This document shows, one piece after another, positions 25,519-38,180 of a DNA stretch of 64,000 bases. The stretch is taken from assembly GCA_024137785.1 (NCBI GenBank), contig JAHRHZ010000053.1, forward strand, positions 5,737,806 through 5,801,805. The letters are read 5' to 3'. The position numbers and the translations under genes were made by a program. Numbering within the stretch: position 1 is the first letter of the stretch; every line of letters begins with the position of its first letter. The stretch comes from Ginglymostoma cirratum. Taxonomy: Eukaryota. The notes under the pieces are model-generated. The model was not told the DNA's origin, did not search any database, and saw only the letters and a program-made list of their open reading frames with translations.

Positions 25519-26458
25519 CAACAAAAATGCTTTTTTCTAGCTTTCTATGTTTCCCTTCAGCTTAATAAATTCAAATCAGAAGCTTCTAACTGAAACTTGT
25601 TTACATTGTTCTGTCATGTTAGTCTTTCAATCTATCGTGGGCCGAAGGGCCTGTAATGTGCTGTACTGTTCTCAACACACACCTGTTAGTCCTTGGAGGC
25701 TAATTGTCTTAAACAGTTATAAAAGAATTACTGTAGCATCAAAAATAACTCATAAGGTAATCATTAAACACTTTCAGGCACTCAGAAAATCTCATATGTC
25801 TCTAGTTCAAAATTACAAATTCAAACAAAAAAAAATTAACATTATACAAATCATGCATCCTACATCACAACATGATTACACTTTATTTGTTCTGGACAGC
25901 TATCAACTAATAATTCACATTGACTTTGCTGACAAAAGATGTTAGGAACATAGAAACACAAAAATAAGACTAAGCCATTCGGCCCATTGGACCTACTCTA
26001 TTGACCCATTAATAACTTAGTAAGTTTAAGTGGGATCACCTTCCTTTCTTATAAACTGCAGACAATACAGCCCAGTTTCTTCAATCTCTCTTCATAGGAC
26101 AGACCCACCATCCCGGCAATCAGTGTAATGAACCTCTGCTGCATTCTATGGCAATTACATCCTTCCTCAGGCAAGGGACCAAAATGGCACACATTAGTCA
26201 AAGTACAATCTCACTGTTGTTCAATGCAATTGAAGCAAAATGGCTTTGCTCCTGTACTCAAATCCTTATGTGATAACACCTAACAGACCACTTGCCTTTT
26301 GAATTGCTTGTTAATACGTGATGCTATCTTTCAGTAACTTATTAACAAAGACATGTTGGACTCTTTGGACATCAACACTTCCACCATTTAAGGAATACTC
26401 TGCACCAGAGTGGATAGTCTCAAACATACCCATCCTCCCCATTTTCTATTGCATTTGT

Positions 26459-27232
26459 TGTTTAGGTTGTAGACATGCTCGCCGTTGTCCGTGTGTAGAC
26501 AAGTGAGAATTGGCCGTGTCTCTTAGTGGCTAGTTGGTGTTCATGTATCCATATTGTCAGTTTTCTTCCAGTGTGGCCTATGCAGTGCTTCTCGCAGTCC
26601 TTGCAAGGTATTTTGTATATTACACCGGTTTCGCTGGTTTTGGGTATGGGATCCATTACGTTTGTCAGGAGCTGTCATAGGGCGATTGTTGGTTTGTGGG
26701 TTAATCTCGTACCCAGGGGTCGGAGTAGTTTTGTAGTCATCTTTGAGATGTCCTTCATGTATGGTAGGGTGATTAGTGAGTCTACAGACTCCACAAGGTA
26801 AACAAATTGGGGGTCCCACTCAGACCCATTGGTTCACTACCAGGCACAACAACATATAGACTTGCTAAAGAACTACACCAGAAACGAGGAACATAAATTT
26901 GATTGGGACAAAACATCTATAATCACACAAGCCAAACAGAGACATGCCAGGGAATTCCTGGAGGCCTGGTATTCCAACCGGAACTCTATCAACAAACACT
27001 TCAAATTAGACCCTGTGTACAAATCAGTGAGAAACAGAACCTGAAGTAATACCAACCACCCCAGCAAACTGAGGCATATAAATAACAAGTGGAACAGATC
27101 ACCGACGCTTCACCGGAGCCGCACTGACGACGTTACCTAGCAGGGTGACAAAACATCTGCAACCAAACACACCGGCTCAGCGAGCAAGTCTACAACCTCA
27201 TCCACAACCCGAGTAGATCTTCTCGAAAACTT
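26459..27232. mobile_element. Rearranged Poseidon-type Penelope insertion (GIY-YIG and RT pieces in both orientations)
   Basis: Minus: GVIYKIPCKDCEKHCIGHTGRKLTIWIHEH (GIY-YIG). Plus: KVNKLGVPLRPIGSLPGTTTYRLAKEL (RT N-term), then EEHKFDWDKTSII...REFLEAWYS...SINK and 3' UTR. 7-bp duplication catttgt at 26452-26458 / 27233-27239. Confidence 0.92.
27121..27160 (+). ncRNA. Decayed minimal hammerhead motif in Penelope 3' UTR
   Basis: gca-CTGACGA-C-GTTACCT(AGCA)GGGTGAC-AAAA-CA-TC-tgc. Helices I and II pair; GAAA and CG are hit by CpG transitions, so it is probably inactive. Confidence 0.65.
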
Positions 27233-27452
27233 CATTTGTCCTGTTTTGCTCACATATTCAGCGTTTCAAAATTTCCTTTAACCCTCTTCATGTCCTTCTC
27301 ACATTCTCACCAAGTTTTGAATTGTCGTCAGACTTGGAAATATTACAAAAGATCCCCACATCCCAGCTTATAAAGCGTTAAAGCCCAAGCACTGATCCTT
27401 GTGGTCACCGGACACAACTGACCAACCTGAGAAAGACCCATTTATTTATTTG

Positions 27453-27725
27453 AGATAGCAAGATGTAGAGCTGGACGAACACAGCAGGCCAGACAGCACC
27501 AGAGGAGCAGGAAAGCTGATGTTTCGGCTCTGGACCCTTCTTCAGAAATTATTCAAAGTACAATCTTACCATTGTTCAATGAAATTGAAGCAAAATGGTT
27601 TTGCTCCTGTACTCAAATCTTGATGTGATAATTTCTGAAAAAGGGTCCAGACCCAAAATGTCAGCTTTCCCTCTCCTCTGATGCAGCCTGGTCTGCTGTG
27701 TTCATCCAAATCTACACCATGTTAG
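27453..27725. mobile_element. Fold-back mini-element (family A variant) with captured ~80-bp spacer
   Basis: Two ~95-bp inverted arms, each ending at CTGAA(G/A)A. TSD cccatttatttatttg (27437-27452) / cccatttctttatttg (27726-27741). Confidence 0.92.
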
Positions 27726-27755
27726 CCCATTTCTTTATTTGTTTTCTGTTTGTTC

Positions 27756-28930
27756 TCAATCTTTAAGGTTTTGGAGTAGCTCAGTAGCTCGGGTTGTGGG
27801 TGTTGAGGTTGGTTGGCTCGCCGAGCTGGTTTGTTGTTCCGCAGACGTTTCATTATTGTGCTTGGTAACATCCTCAGTGCAGCCTCTGATGAAGCATCGG
27901 TGTGTTTTCCTGCCTGGTTTCTGAACTCTAGGGTCCGTTGCGATGGATTGCCTCACTTCCGGGTTTCCTCCGTAGTGGAATGTATATGGGGTCGAATTCA
28001 ATGTGTTTATTAATAGCATGCTTCGTGGAGTGCCATGCTTCCAGGAATTCTCGTGCTTGTCTCTGCCTAGCCTGTCCCAGGATCTTGGTGTTGTCCCAGT
28101 CGAAGTCGTGGTTCTCCTTNNNNNNNNNNNNNNNNNNNNNNNNNNNNNNNNNNNNNNNNNNNNNNNNNNNNNNNNNNNNNNNNNNNNNNNNNNNNNNNNN
28201 NNNNNNNNNNNNNNNNNNNTGTAGTGCTTCTCGCAGTCTCTGCAGGGGATCTTGTAGATGACATTGTCCATGGTGGGGAGTGGGTCTTTAGTTCGGGTGA
28301 GCACTTGCTGTAGGGTTGATGTGGGCTTGTGAGCCACTCTGATGCCCAGCAGTCGTAGAAGTCTTGTGGTGAGTTCTGACGTGTTCCTGAAGTAGGGTAG
28401 TGTGATGAGTGTGTCGGGACATGTAGAATCTTTCTGATGCTGTTCCTGTAGGCATCTCCTGACCCAGTTCTTTGGATATCCATTATCCTTGAACACTTGG
28501 AAGTGGTATTCCTCCTCCTCTTGGCGTAGTCCCATGTTGCTGCAGTGTGTTGTTGCCCTTTTAAGTAGTGTGTGCATGCAGCTTCGTTTGTGTGTGCTGG
28601 GATGGTTACTATTGAAGTTCAGTACCTGGTCTGCATGTGTGGTTTCTCGGTGTACTTTCGTTTGCAGTTCATATTTGTCTTGCGCTCTACCATGACGTCC
28701 AGGAATGGGAGTTGACGGTTCTTCTTCTCCTCTCTGGTGAATTTTATTCCGGTGAGGGTGTTGTTTCTGAGTTTGTGTGTCTCTTCTAATTTGGTCCGTT
28801 TAATGATGACAAAGGTGTCATCTATGTAGCGTATCCATAGTTTAGGTTGGATTTGCAGAAGGGCAGTCCTTTCCAGTCTTTGCATCACTGCTTCTGCTAT
28901 GAGTCTGGAGATAGGCGATCCCATGGGTGT
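27756..28930 (-). mobile_element. 5'-truncated Poseidon-type Penelope element (RT + GIY-YIG, frameshifted)
   Basis: RT motifs TPMGSPIS, WIRYIDDTF, IKFTRE, LPFLDV; thumb LLKRATTHCS...NGYP; GIY-YIG NVIYKIPCRDCEKHY. Frameshift near 28670; contains the 100-N gap. Confidence 0.95.
27841..27880 (-). ncRNA. Minimal type-I hammerhead ribozyme motif (core intact)
   Basis: Minus strand: gca-CTGAGGA-T-GTTA...TAAT-GAAA-CG-TC-tgc. 3-bp helix I (gca/tgc), 4 bp of helix II left, intact ACGT palindrome. Confidence 0.72.
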
Positions 28931-29875
28931 TCTCAATTTACAAATCATGCTTCTATATAACCCCGATTCACACATGCTTTAATTTTGTTTTAAGTCTTGA
29001 AAAAGAAATGAAACTCCCAGCCCATTTATTTCCCTTTTTTTTAAACATATTTTTTCCTTTTGATTTTGTTTACCACTGTTTTACTATGTTTACCTGCTCT
29101 GTCCCTTCCTGTCCCACTCTCGGTATTGTTAGTCAAATAGCTGCCCTGTGATGCTGCTATAACTTTTTGTTTTGTATGTTTAAATTTCTTCTGTCCCAAA
29201 TCCTCCTCCCCCTCATTGGTTTTAAGCCCTTTCTATGGCCCTTGTTATTTGATTCACCAGGTTTCTAGTCCCAGCGCAATTCAAGTGAACCCCATGCTAC
29301 CAGAACACGTTCCTTCTACCCCAGTCCTGCTGCTGGTGTACCACAAACTGAAACCCATTCGTCCCACTCCAATCGTTGAGCCACACGTTTAACTCCTGTA
29401 CTTTATTTACCTTATGCTAGCCTGACTGCAGCTGCAGCAGTAGCCCAAACATTATTACCTTAGAAGTTCTGCCTTGTAATTTAATTCCGAATTGTTCAAA
29501 ATCTTTCAGCAGAACTTCCTTTCTAGTCTGACAATGCTATTGGCACCAACATGGATCCCTCCCCCTCCAAGTTCTTCTCCAGCCCAAAGAGGGTTTTGTT
29601 AACCATGGTGCGGGACAGGCAACACAGTCTTCATAACTTCTGCTCATGGCTAGAGAGCACAGTATCTATTTCCCCAAATTATACTGTCCCTTCCCAGAAC
29701 TGCATTCCAGTTTCCTTCCAGCAACTCAGACTCCAGTTCCTCAACTCAGATCTGAATTTCCTTGAGCTGCGAGCACTTCGAATACTACAAATATGTTCAC
29801 TCTTGATTACATTGACGTCAAGCAGTTTCCACATGTTGCAGCAACAACACATCACTCATCCTGCCACCACCATGT
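28930..29875 (-). mobile_element. CR1 LINE 5' region (ORF1 zinc-finger/esterase remnant and start of ORF2)
   Basis: Minus-strand VMCCCCNMWKLL...HICS near 29850 and VHLNCAGTRNLVNQITRAIERA* near 29290-29222 (SGNH-type ORF1 end). Confidence 0.7.
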
Positions 29876-30339
29876 TATTTCATTTAATTTATAAATTAAT
29901 TACTCAAGTCTTAGCTTGTTATACTTTACTGTAATAATATTTCACTTTTGTAACATTTAAAAGAGAAAATCATAAGTATCAATGTCACATTTAAGAAAAG
30001 AGAGAAGAAAAATGTCGAAAACTTAAACACAAACTGAAGACCTTGCTCTTACTTTAGCAACTTGAAATATTCACCAGTCCTACTCATAAATCAGCTTCTT
30101 TCCCTGCACTGACACTGTATGTGGTTCTCGATATCACTCTGCGACTGGTCTCACTGCATGTCTGCCTCTTGATCCATACCCTTTATCCTTTCCCACTCAC
30201 CTCTCACTCTTGAGAGCTTACTATTTATAGTAAACCATAATTAAAGAACCTCTGTCCCCATTTCATTGAATTTCTACTTTGAACAAAATTTCTAAAAATG
30301 AGTGGGGTATAAGGACAACCAGGTCTTTTTATAAAACAA

Positions 30340-31990
30340 TATTTCCCAATCTAGCATTATTTAAATAACAATCTGCCATTCAGATTTTCTGACTGAAATG
30401 GACAAATTCATCTTTATATACATTATACAGTTTCTGCCACATATTGGCCCACTTGCTCAATTTGTCTCTGTCATCCTGAAGCCTTGTTATGTGCTCTATG
30501 CTTACATTTGAGTTGTCAACAGACTTGAAAATATTGCACAATATTCCCTCATCCAAATCATTGATTAATCTTGTAATAGCTGGCGTCCCATCATTAGTCC
30601 CGGTGGTATCCCATCACCAAATTTCACTCCGTAAATGGCTGTTTATTCCAACCTCTGATTCCTTTCTGCTAAGCAGTTCTCAATGCATCCAATCTATGAC
30701 CTCCAATCATATGTGCAATGGACTCTGATGTGGGACCTTGTCAAAAGAGTTCTGAAAATCCAAATATATCACATCCGATGGTTCTTCCTCATCAATTCTA
30801 TGGATTTCATTTTCAAAGGACTCCAGGCAGTTTGTCGAACAAAATTTAATTTCCATAAATTCATGTTGACTTTGTGCAATGCCATTAGTAATTTCTATAT
30901 GTCAGGTTATGAAATCCATATAGACTGCAGCATTTTCCATAATACTGATGTTAGGCTAATCTATATATAATCATCAGTCACGTAGCACCGGAACAGATTC
31001 TTCGATCCTATTTGTCCGTTCAATTAAGTATCCGAAACTGACCTAGTCCCATTTGCCTGCTTTTGGCCTATATCCCTCTAAACCTTTCCTATTCATGTAC
31101 CTGTCCAAATGTCTTCTAAATGTTGTAATTGTACTCACATCTATCACTTCCTCTGGCAGCTCATTCCATGCATGTATCACCCACGGCATGAAAACGTTGT
31201 CCCCTCAAGACCCACTCATTTTTTTAAACAGTGGAGTTACATTTGTCATCTGCCAATTTGTTCATACTGCTCCAGAGTGTACACAATTTTGGAAAATGTC
31301 AACCAACTCATCCACTATTTCCACAGTCCCGTCCTTCACAGCCATGGAATATAAATGATCATGCCCTATGAATTTATCAGCTATCAGTTCCATTATTTCC
31401 TCAGCACTTTGTTGTTGTTAACATTAATTTCATTTAATTCCTCTTTCCCAAATGACTCTTGCTTTCCTAGCATTTCAAGGAAGTTAGTTGTGTCTCTGTC
31501 TGTGCAAACAGAACAAATGTAGTTGTTTAATTGCTGTACAATTTCCTTGTTCTTCAATGATCAATTCTCCCATTTCATACCGTAAGTGGATTAAATTTGT
31601 CTTTACAAATCTTTTCCTTTCTTTACATACTTAAAAAAGCTTTTATAGTCTGCTTTTATGTTCCTTGCATATTTACACTCATACTCCCTTCTTAATCAAC
31701 TTCTTGGCCCATCTATGCTGCATTCCAAACTGTTCCAAGTGCTCAGCCTTGCTATTTTTTTCCTCCAACTTTATATAACTCCTGTTGGGAACTAATACTA
31801 TTCTTGTTTTTAATTAACAACTTTTCCTGTGTTTTTTTTTCAACTAAAAGGAATCTTCAACTGCTGCAATGCTCACATTCCCTCCTTAAACATTAACCGC
31901 TACCTGCCACTGTCATGGCTTTTAATGAAGTTACCAAGTCTATCACAGCCAACTCAACCCTCATATCTTTGTAGTTTCCTTTATTAAAAT
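30340..31990 (-). mobile_element. CR1 LINE ORF2 remnant with a younger CR1 3' end nested at ~30975-31215
   Basis: Reversed LDFQNSFDKVPH motif near 30730-30765. Nested piece matches 35255-35630. Confidence 0.85.
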
Positions 31991-31994
31991 TTTC

Positions 31995-32325
31995 TTTTTA
32001 TTCGTTCACAGGATGAGACCATCATTTATTGCCCATCCCTAATTGCCCAGAGAGCAGGTAAATGTCAACCACATTGATGTAGGTCTGGAGTCATTACTTG
32101 GTAAGGATGGAAGTTTCCTTCACTAAAGAGCGTTAATGAATCCGATGGGTTTTTCCTGACAATTGACAATGGATTCATACACATCATTAAACTCTTAATT
32201 TCAGATTTTTATTGAATTCAAATTCCACCATCTGACATAGTGGGATTTGAATGCGGGTTCCCAGAACATTACCTAGGTCCCTGGGTTAACAGTCCACCAA
32301 TAATACCACTAGGCCATCGCCCCTC
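31995..32325 (-). mobile_element. tRNA-derived SINE with tail of second LINE family
   Basis: Minus strand starts ggaggggcgatggcctagtggtatta (A box)...gcattcaaatccc (B box) and ends gggcaataaatg...gaataaaa. Other copies at ~54385-54700, ~56960-57210 and ~60280-60620. Confidence 0.88.
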
Positions 32326-33544
32326 CTTAAGGGGCCTTAATATTGTACTTCTGAACTTTGTACTCCTACCACTAACTCCACTCTACTAACTTCATTGTCC
32401 TCCTTGGGCATGGAATACGTTTTTCTCTTTGCGAACTTCCTATTTGACGTGACTCTGAGCTGCTGACTCCACATCTTAGATTAGCCATGCTCTAATTGAA
32501 CAGCAGAGTAGGCTTGATAGACCAGATATTATTATTATTCTATTTCTCGTGTTATTATATCATCTCCATCATCAAGATGGCTTACTTCCACATTCCATAT
32601 ACTTGCACTTCTACTTCAGTTTATCCGCAGGTAAAATTATCATTCAAACATTTTTCACCTCCAGACCTAATCATTTTAATGCTCCCTTAGCTGGTTTTCC
32701 TCCTTCCATCCTGTTTAATTTTTAAGTCTTTCAAAATTTCTAGCAATGTCCTTTCCTTCACCTGCTCACCTCCTCTGTTCTGCCTAAATTCTTGAAGTTT
32801 AGAGTTCTTTACTTCTCCTTTAAGTTGATCCATTTTCTTGCCCCACATTATCTGCATAAACTTCTTCAGGGCTTCACCTTCAGCTTTTGTCCTTATCCTT
32901 TCACACCATCCCTTAGTTTACCATTGGCCACCACATCTTTATTGCGCATGTCCCAAACTCTGAAATTCAATCCTTTGACCCAAAACCTTTCTCTCTCCTT
33001 CTTTTATGATTCTCCTAAGATCCATCTCTTTGATTAAGAACAAAACTGATTCCTTAGATAAAAAAAAAGTCAGACTCATTTCTGTTTTTCCGTAAAACGC
33101 CCAATGCTATACATGAGTGAGCTTTATTAATTGTGGACAGTGACCTCTCTTTATATCTTTTCCATCGGCTCAGTTTACATTTTAAAACCTTTATCCCTGT
33201 GCAGTGTCTTGAGATGTTTGTCACACTGAGTGACTCTATGTATGTACAAGCTCTTGACGTTTTCATTGTGTTTATTAAATTGGAAAACAGATTGTGAAGA
33301 CTGCTCTTTTCACCTGAGGCAATATTTGAATTGCTCCAGCTGTTGGTTGCTCGATATAACTGCATTTCCCCTCGGGAAACAGTGTTGTTGGTTTAATGCT
33401 TCTAATACCTTAAATATTTGTGTCCTGAATATTATCAAGCTGTGTCTAGGGACATTAGTCAAGTAATCCAGTCTGAAGCTCATCATTGCTTTAAACTGAC
33501 AGACATATGACAGACCATAAGTCAGAACAAAATGAAACCATCCT

Positions 33545-34440
33545 GTTACGTCCAGTCATAAATGGTGGTGAAAAATTAAACAATTCACTCGAGGGGTAAT
33601 CTCCAGAAATATTCCCAACATTAATGATGGCAGAGCCAAGCAGATCAGTGGACAAGACAAGTCTGAACTATTTGCATCTAACTCAGCAAGAAGTGTTAAT
33701 TGAATGATCCACGTGGGCTCCTTCCTGATATCTTCAGCATCACAAAAGCCAGTCTTCAGGCAACTCAACTTCTTCCATATGATATCAAGAAATGGTTGAA
33801 GGTACAGGGTACTTCAAAGGCTATGGGCCCTGATAATATTCTGGCAATTGCTTTGAAGACTTGTGGCCAAAACTCGCCACATTCCTAGCCAAGCTGTTCA
33901 AGTATAGCTACAACAGTGGGATTTACCTCACATTGTTGAAAATTGATTAGGTGTGACCTATCTACAAAAGATCTAGAAATCTAGCATAAATAATGATCCC
34001 ATGAAATGTATTCTCGACCATCAGCACAGTGACTGAAAGTTCTGTTGATTGTGTGATCAAGCTGAACTGCTCAGAACTAACCTGCTCAATGAGCCATTCA
34101 GGTTTGAATCATATTGGTCCAAACATGGACAAAATACCAAATTCAAAGGTGAAGTGCGAGTGACGTCAAGACAGTCTTTGATATGAGGCTCACATCAATG
34201 AGTCCAAGCAAATAGATTTTGATGGAAATTACACAAACAACTCTGTTAGTTGGGCCATGTCAAACAGAAAACGTGTTGTTGTTGGAGGTCAATTACCTCA
34301 ATCCCAGGAAATCATTGTACAATTCCTTTAAGTCTGCTTCATTAATTACTTACATCCATCATAATGTCAGAAATGAAGATGTTTGCCAATCATTACACTA
34401 TTTTCTGCACAGCTCACAGCAGAAAGACCTGGCAAATTCA
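33545..34440 (+). mobile_element. Second LINE family, linker/RT remnant
   Basis: ORF 33700..33888: DIKKWLKVQGTSKAMGPDNILAIALKTC. Confidence 0.8.
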
Positions 34441-34447
34441 GGATCAA

Positions 34448-34570
34448 ATTACTGCAGATGCTGGAAACATTTACTGAAAAGAAAAAGTGCTGGAAATCAA
34501 AGTAGGTCAGGCAACATCCATAGAGGGAAAACAAGTTAGTGTTTTGAGTCTAGAAGATTCTTCATCAGAC
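34448..34570 (-). mobile_element. Single-arm PLE-derived mini-element with decayed hammerhead
   Basis: Homologous to 48784-48988. Minus strand reads CTGATGA-A-GAATC(TTCTA)GACTC-AAAA. Confidence 0.75.
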
Positions 34571-35254
34571 AAAGCTTGGGAAGCTGGCACCTGGATGAGT
34601 ATGTGTCATTATGCCGTGCCTCCATGTCAATGATTATATTACTTTATATTCCAATGCTCCAATGGTCAAGAAGAGAATTTGGTGCCTAATTATTGACATT
34701 GAGGATCTGCAGTGGGTCAGTGGTAGTTCCTAGTGGAAATCACAATGTGGCCTACCACCCAGAGGTCCTGCCACATTAATTCAGAGGGAAAATGGCCATT
34801 GGGCCACATTGAATTTTATATGAACGTCCCAACACAAAATCACCCACCTACAGCTAGTTTTCAACCGATACAAACAAACATCTAATGTTGGTGCGCAGCC
34901 AAATTGCTCAGGCTTGACAGAGTCCTTTTAGAGAAAACCAGGCCTCATTTCACTGGCCTGTTAACCAGGTCCATAAAAGGAGCTGAAGAGTTTAGTCATT
35001 AAAAGCCAGCAGGTTCCCTGCCTTATTCCACTCCCCTGCCACTCTACACCAGCAAATTCAAAACCTAAGACTGTCGCAGATGTATCAGGTCACTCTGACA
35101 GCACAATTTTTAAATCGCAACCCTGCCAGCGATTGATGTTCTGGCATATGCATCATCTGGTTGAAGTTCACTCACACCCTTGCTACAATGCTGCTAAACC
35201 CCACGAACCACTCCCGCACCAAACAACTCCATTCAACTTGACATTACATTTTAG

Positions 35255-35632
35255 TACATAGAGTCATAGAATCACAGAGCCGTACATCACAGAAACAGAT
35301 CCTTTGCTTCAACTCATCTGCACCAACAGGCCATCCTAGTCTGACCTAATCCCATTTGTCAGCATTTGGTCCATATCCCTCCAAACCTTTCTTATTTATG
35401 TACCCATCCAGATGCCTTTTAAATGTTGTAATTGTACCTGACTCCACCATTCCCTCCAGCAACTTATTCCATACACTCACCACCCTATGTGTGAAAAAGT
35501 TGCCCCTCAGGTCCTTTTTAAATCTTTCCCCTCTCACCTTAAACCTATGCCCTCTAGTTTTGGAACACCCCCAGCCCCACCCTGGCAAAAAGACGTTAGC
35601 TATTCATTCTATCCATACCCCTCATGATTTTC
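35255..35632 (-). mobile_element. Young CR1 (HER1-like) LINE 3' end
   Basis: ORF 35346..35588 SKTRGHRFKVRGERFKKDLRGNFFTHRVVSVWNKL; reversed catagagtcatagaatc tail. Confidence 0.93.
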
Positions 35633-36699
35633 AAATATGTAAAAGATAAAATACATTAGTAACACAAAGGAAACAGTGTACCCTTAGACTCATTAGGATC
35701 AATGTTGTAGACATTCATTGTTACACATTATAGAGCCAAGCAATGAGTTTAAGACTTCAGTCCCCATTTAGGATTTTGCGAAAAGCAATCATAATCAAAA
35801 CAATTTTGTTAGTCACAGTTTATGACTTTGTCTGATTCATTTGTTTGAATTACCTGTAACTTACTGCCAGCCATCTGGTTTTTCATAATAATTATTGCTT
35901 CAGCAACAACAAAATCCGAACAAATATAATTTTGTTTTTATCACTAAAATCAAACAATCACATTCTTCTATACTATCGGCACACAGTCTGCTTCTAACTT
36001 CCTTTCACTTATACTGAACAGTCTAAGGCAACAGTTCCGTATGAGCCCAACAGTTCGCAATTCTATGTTGCATCAGTATAGATGCCCTAAAAATGGAAGT
36101 AAATCTATCCATGGACTATATTGGTTTATCAATCCAGTTTGCCAATCTACCTTAACAGCTTACCCTCATTCCTGCTATCAGACAAGCTATTAATGTTAAT
36201 GAGGTGGCTCACCACAATGCTTTTGCTGATGTAGAATATGTTTAACCCTAACAGGCACAGAGATAATAGCTGCACTCACATAGAGTGCAAATGTGTTATC
36301 ATCATATTTTCATGGTTTTGTACAATAGAATAGGTTTGTTTGTTATTTAGACAAGCACTCTGTATCAGGAAGATCTCATAAAGGCAGTAGAGACTTAAGT
36401 AGTGACGAGCAACTGAGTTTAAATCTTCAGTTCCAATTCAAGAATTCCAATCGCTAAACTTTATAACCAATGTATGTTTGAATGTCACAGTTTATTAAGT
36501 TCATCTGATGAATTGCATTGAATTAAATTAGATGGTATAAAGGCAATAGATAGAAAGATTCTTAGCTCAGAAAACTGCAGCTCAACCATTTTTTTTCTTG
36601 AGCTCAGACGGGGCAGATAATAATGTTAAGAGCAATACCTAGGGCTGTCTAACAATAGTCGTAATGTCAAGCAGAGTATAAATCAGGAATTTAAGACTA

Positions 36700-38180
36700 A
36701 TACATTAAGGATGTATTACATCAAGGACGAGGTAACTGAACAACTTGAAAATTTTCAGTTAATCAGGGAGAGCCAGCTTGAATTCATGACAGGTATTTCA
36801 CATCTGACAAACCTCATTGAATTTTTTGAAGAGGGGAAGGCATCATAGATGTTTATATGAACATCTTCAAGGCACTTAATAAGGTCCCACATAAGAGATT
36901 GTTCACTCAAGTAGAAGTTCACAGGATAGAGGAAAAATTGCTGACATGGATGGGAAATTAGTTGAGTGACAGGTGATAGAATGTAGATAATGCGTAGGAT
37001 TCAAATTGGCAGGATGTGACTTATGGTGTTGTGGTCTCCATTATTCACATCATTGATTAATGACTTGAATAATGGCAGAGAAAGTCACTTATCTAAATTT
37101 GCTGATGACGTAAAGTTAGGTGATATTGTAGACAGTGCAAATGACAGCATAACATTACAAAGGGACATAAGTAAATGGGCAAAACTGTGGCAGTTGGAGT
37201 TCAATGTAAGCAAATGTGAGATTCTCCATTTTGGGCTGAGAAAAGGAGCAATCAGCGTACTTTCTACATGAAATGAAGTTAAATACAGTGGATGTCCGAA
37301 GAGACTTGGAGGTTCAGGTGCATGCAACTTTAAAATGTCATAAACGGGTGCAGAAAATTACCAATAGAACTAATAAAATGCTGGCCTTTCTCGCTAGATG
37401 CTTGCAGTAGAAGAATACAGAAGTTATACTGCAGTTATAAAATAACTCTGGTTACACCCTACTTGGAATACTGTGGGCAGAACTTGTAGCACACCATAGG
37501 AAGGATATATTGAAGTATGATGCAGGTATACAAGAATGATACTTGGACTACAGGGGTTGTTATGAGGAAACATACAAATTAGGCCTGGCTTCCCAAAAGC
37601 ATAGAATTTTAAGGAATGATTGAAGTCTTCGACAAATTAACGGGAAAAGATATGCAACATAAAAATAAACTGTTTCCACTGTCTGGGGACTTTAGAACTC
37701 ATCTGAGAATTAGACGCAGACTATTCAAGAGAGATGTTAGAAAGCACTTCTATACACAAAGGGTTGTAGATGTTTGGAACTCTCTTCCACAAATGACAGT
37801 GCATTCTAGATATTAATTTTAAGTCTGAGATGGATATATTTATGTTTGGCCACACATCAGCCATAATCTCATTGAATAGCAGAACAGGTTCAAGGGGCTT
37901 CAGGGCATTCTCCCACTCTTACGTAAAAGAAAAAGAAGAGAGATGTGAAAAAAAAACTTTTCACACAAATTCATTGTGGTATGGAATGGACTGCCTGGAA
38001 ATGTGGTGGAGGCAGGTTCAACTGAGGCATTCAGGAGAACATTGGTTGATCATTTGGATAATTATGTTTGTGGAGGAATATGCAGAAAAGGCAGGAGCTT
38101 GGCACTTAGTTATAGATCCAGTGCAGACTTGAAGGGCCAAATGGCCTCCTTCTGTGCTTTAACAATTCTGTGATTATGTT
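36700..38180 (+). mobile_element. CR1 LINE RT and 3' end, followed by a second CR1 3' end (~37935-38180)
   Basis: INDL...SKFADDVKLG...KLWQLEFNVSKCEILHFG; FKRDVRKHFYTQRVVDVWNSLP. Confidence 0.92.

Larger units (their letters stand above)
25945..27452 (-). mobile_element. CR1 LINE 3' portion, interrupted by a Penelope insertion
   Basis: Reversed CR1 tail at 25945 (aggaacatagaaacac). Decayed ORF2 continues on both sides of 26459-27232. Confidence 0.75.

Noticed and set aside
27756-28975. Longest ORFs (273 aa, 118 aa) as an intact gene
   Set aside because: 5'-truncated, frameshifted Penelope RT/GIY-YIG; the 273-aa length is inflated by reading through Ns.
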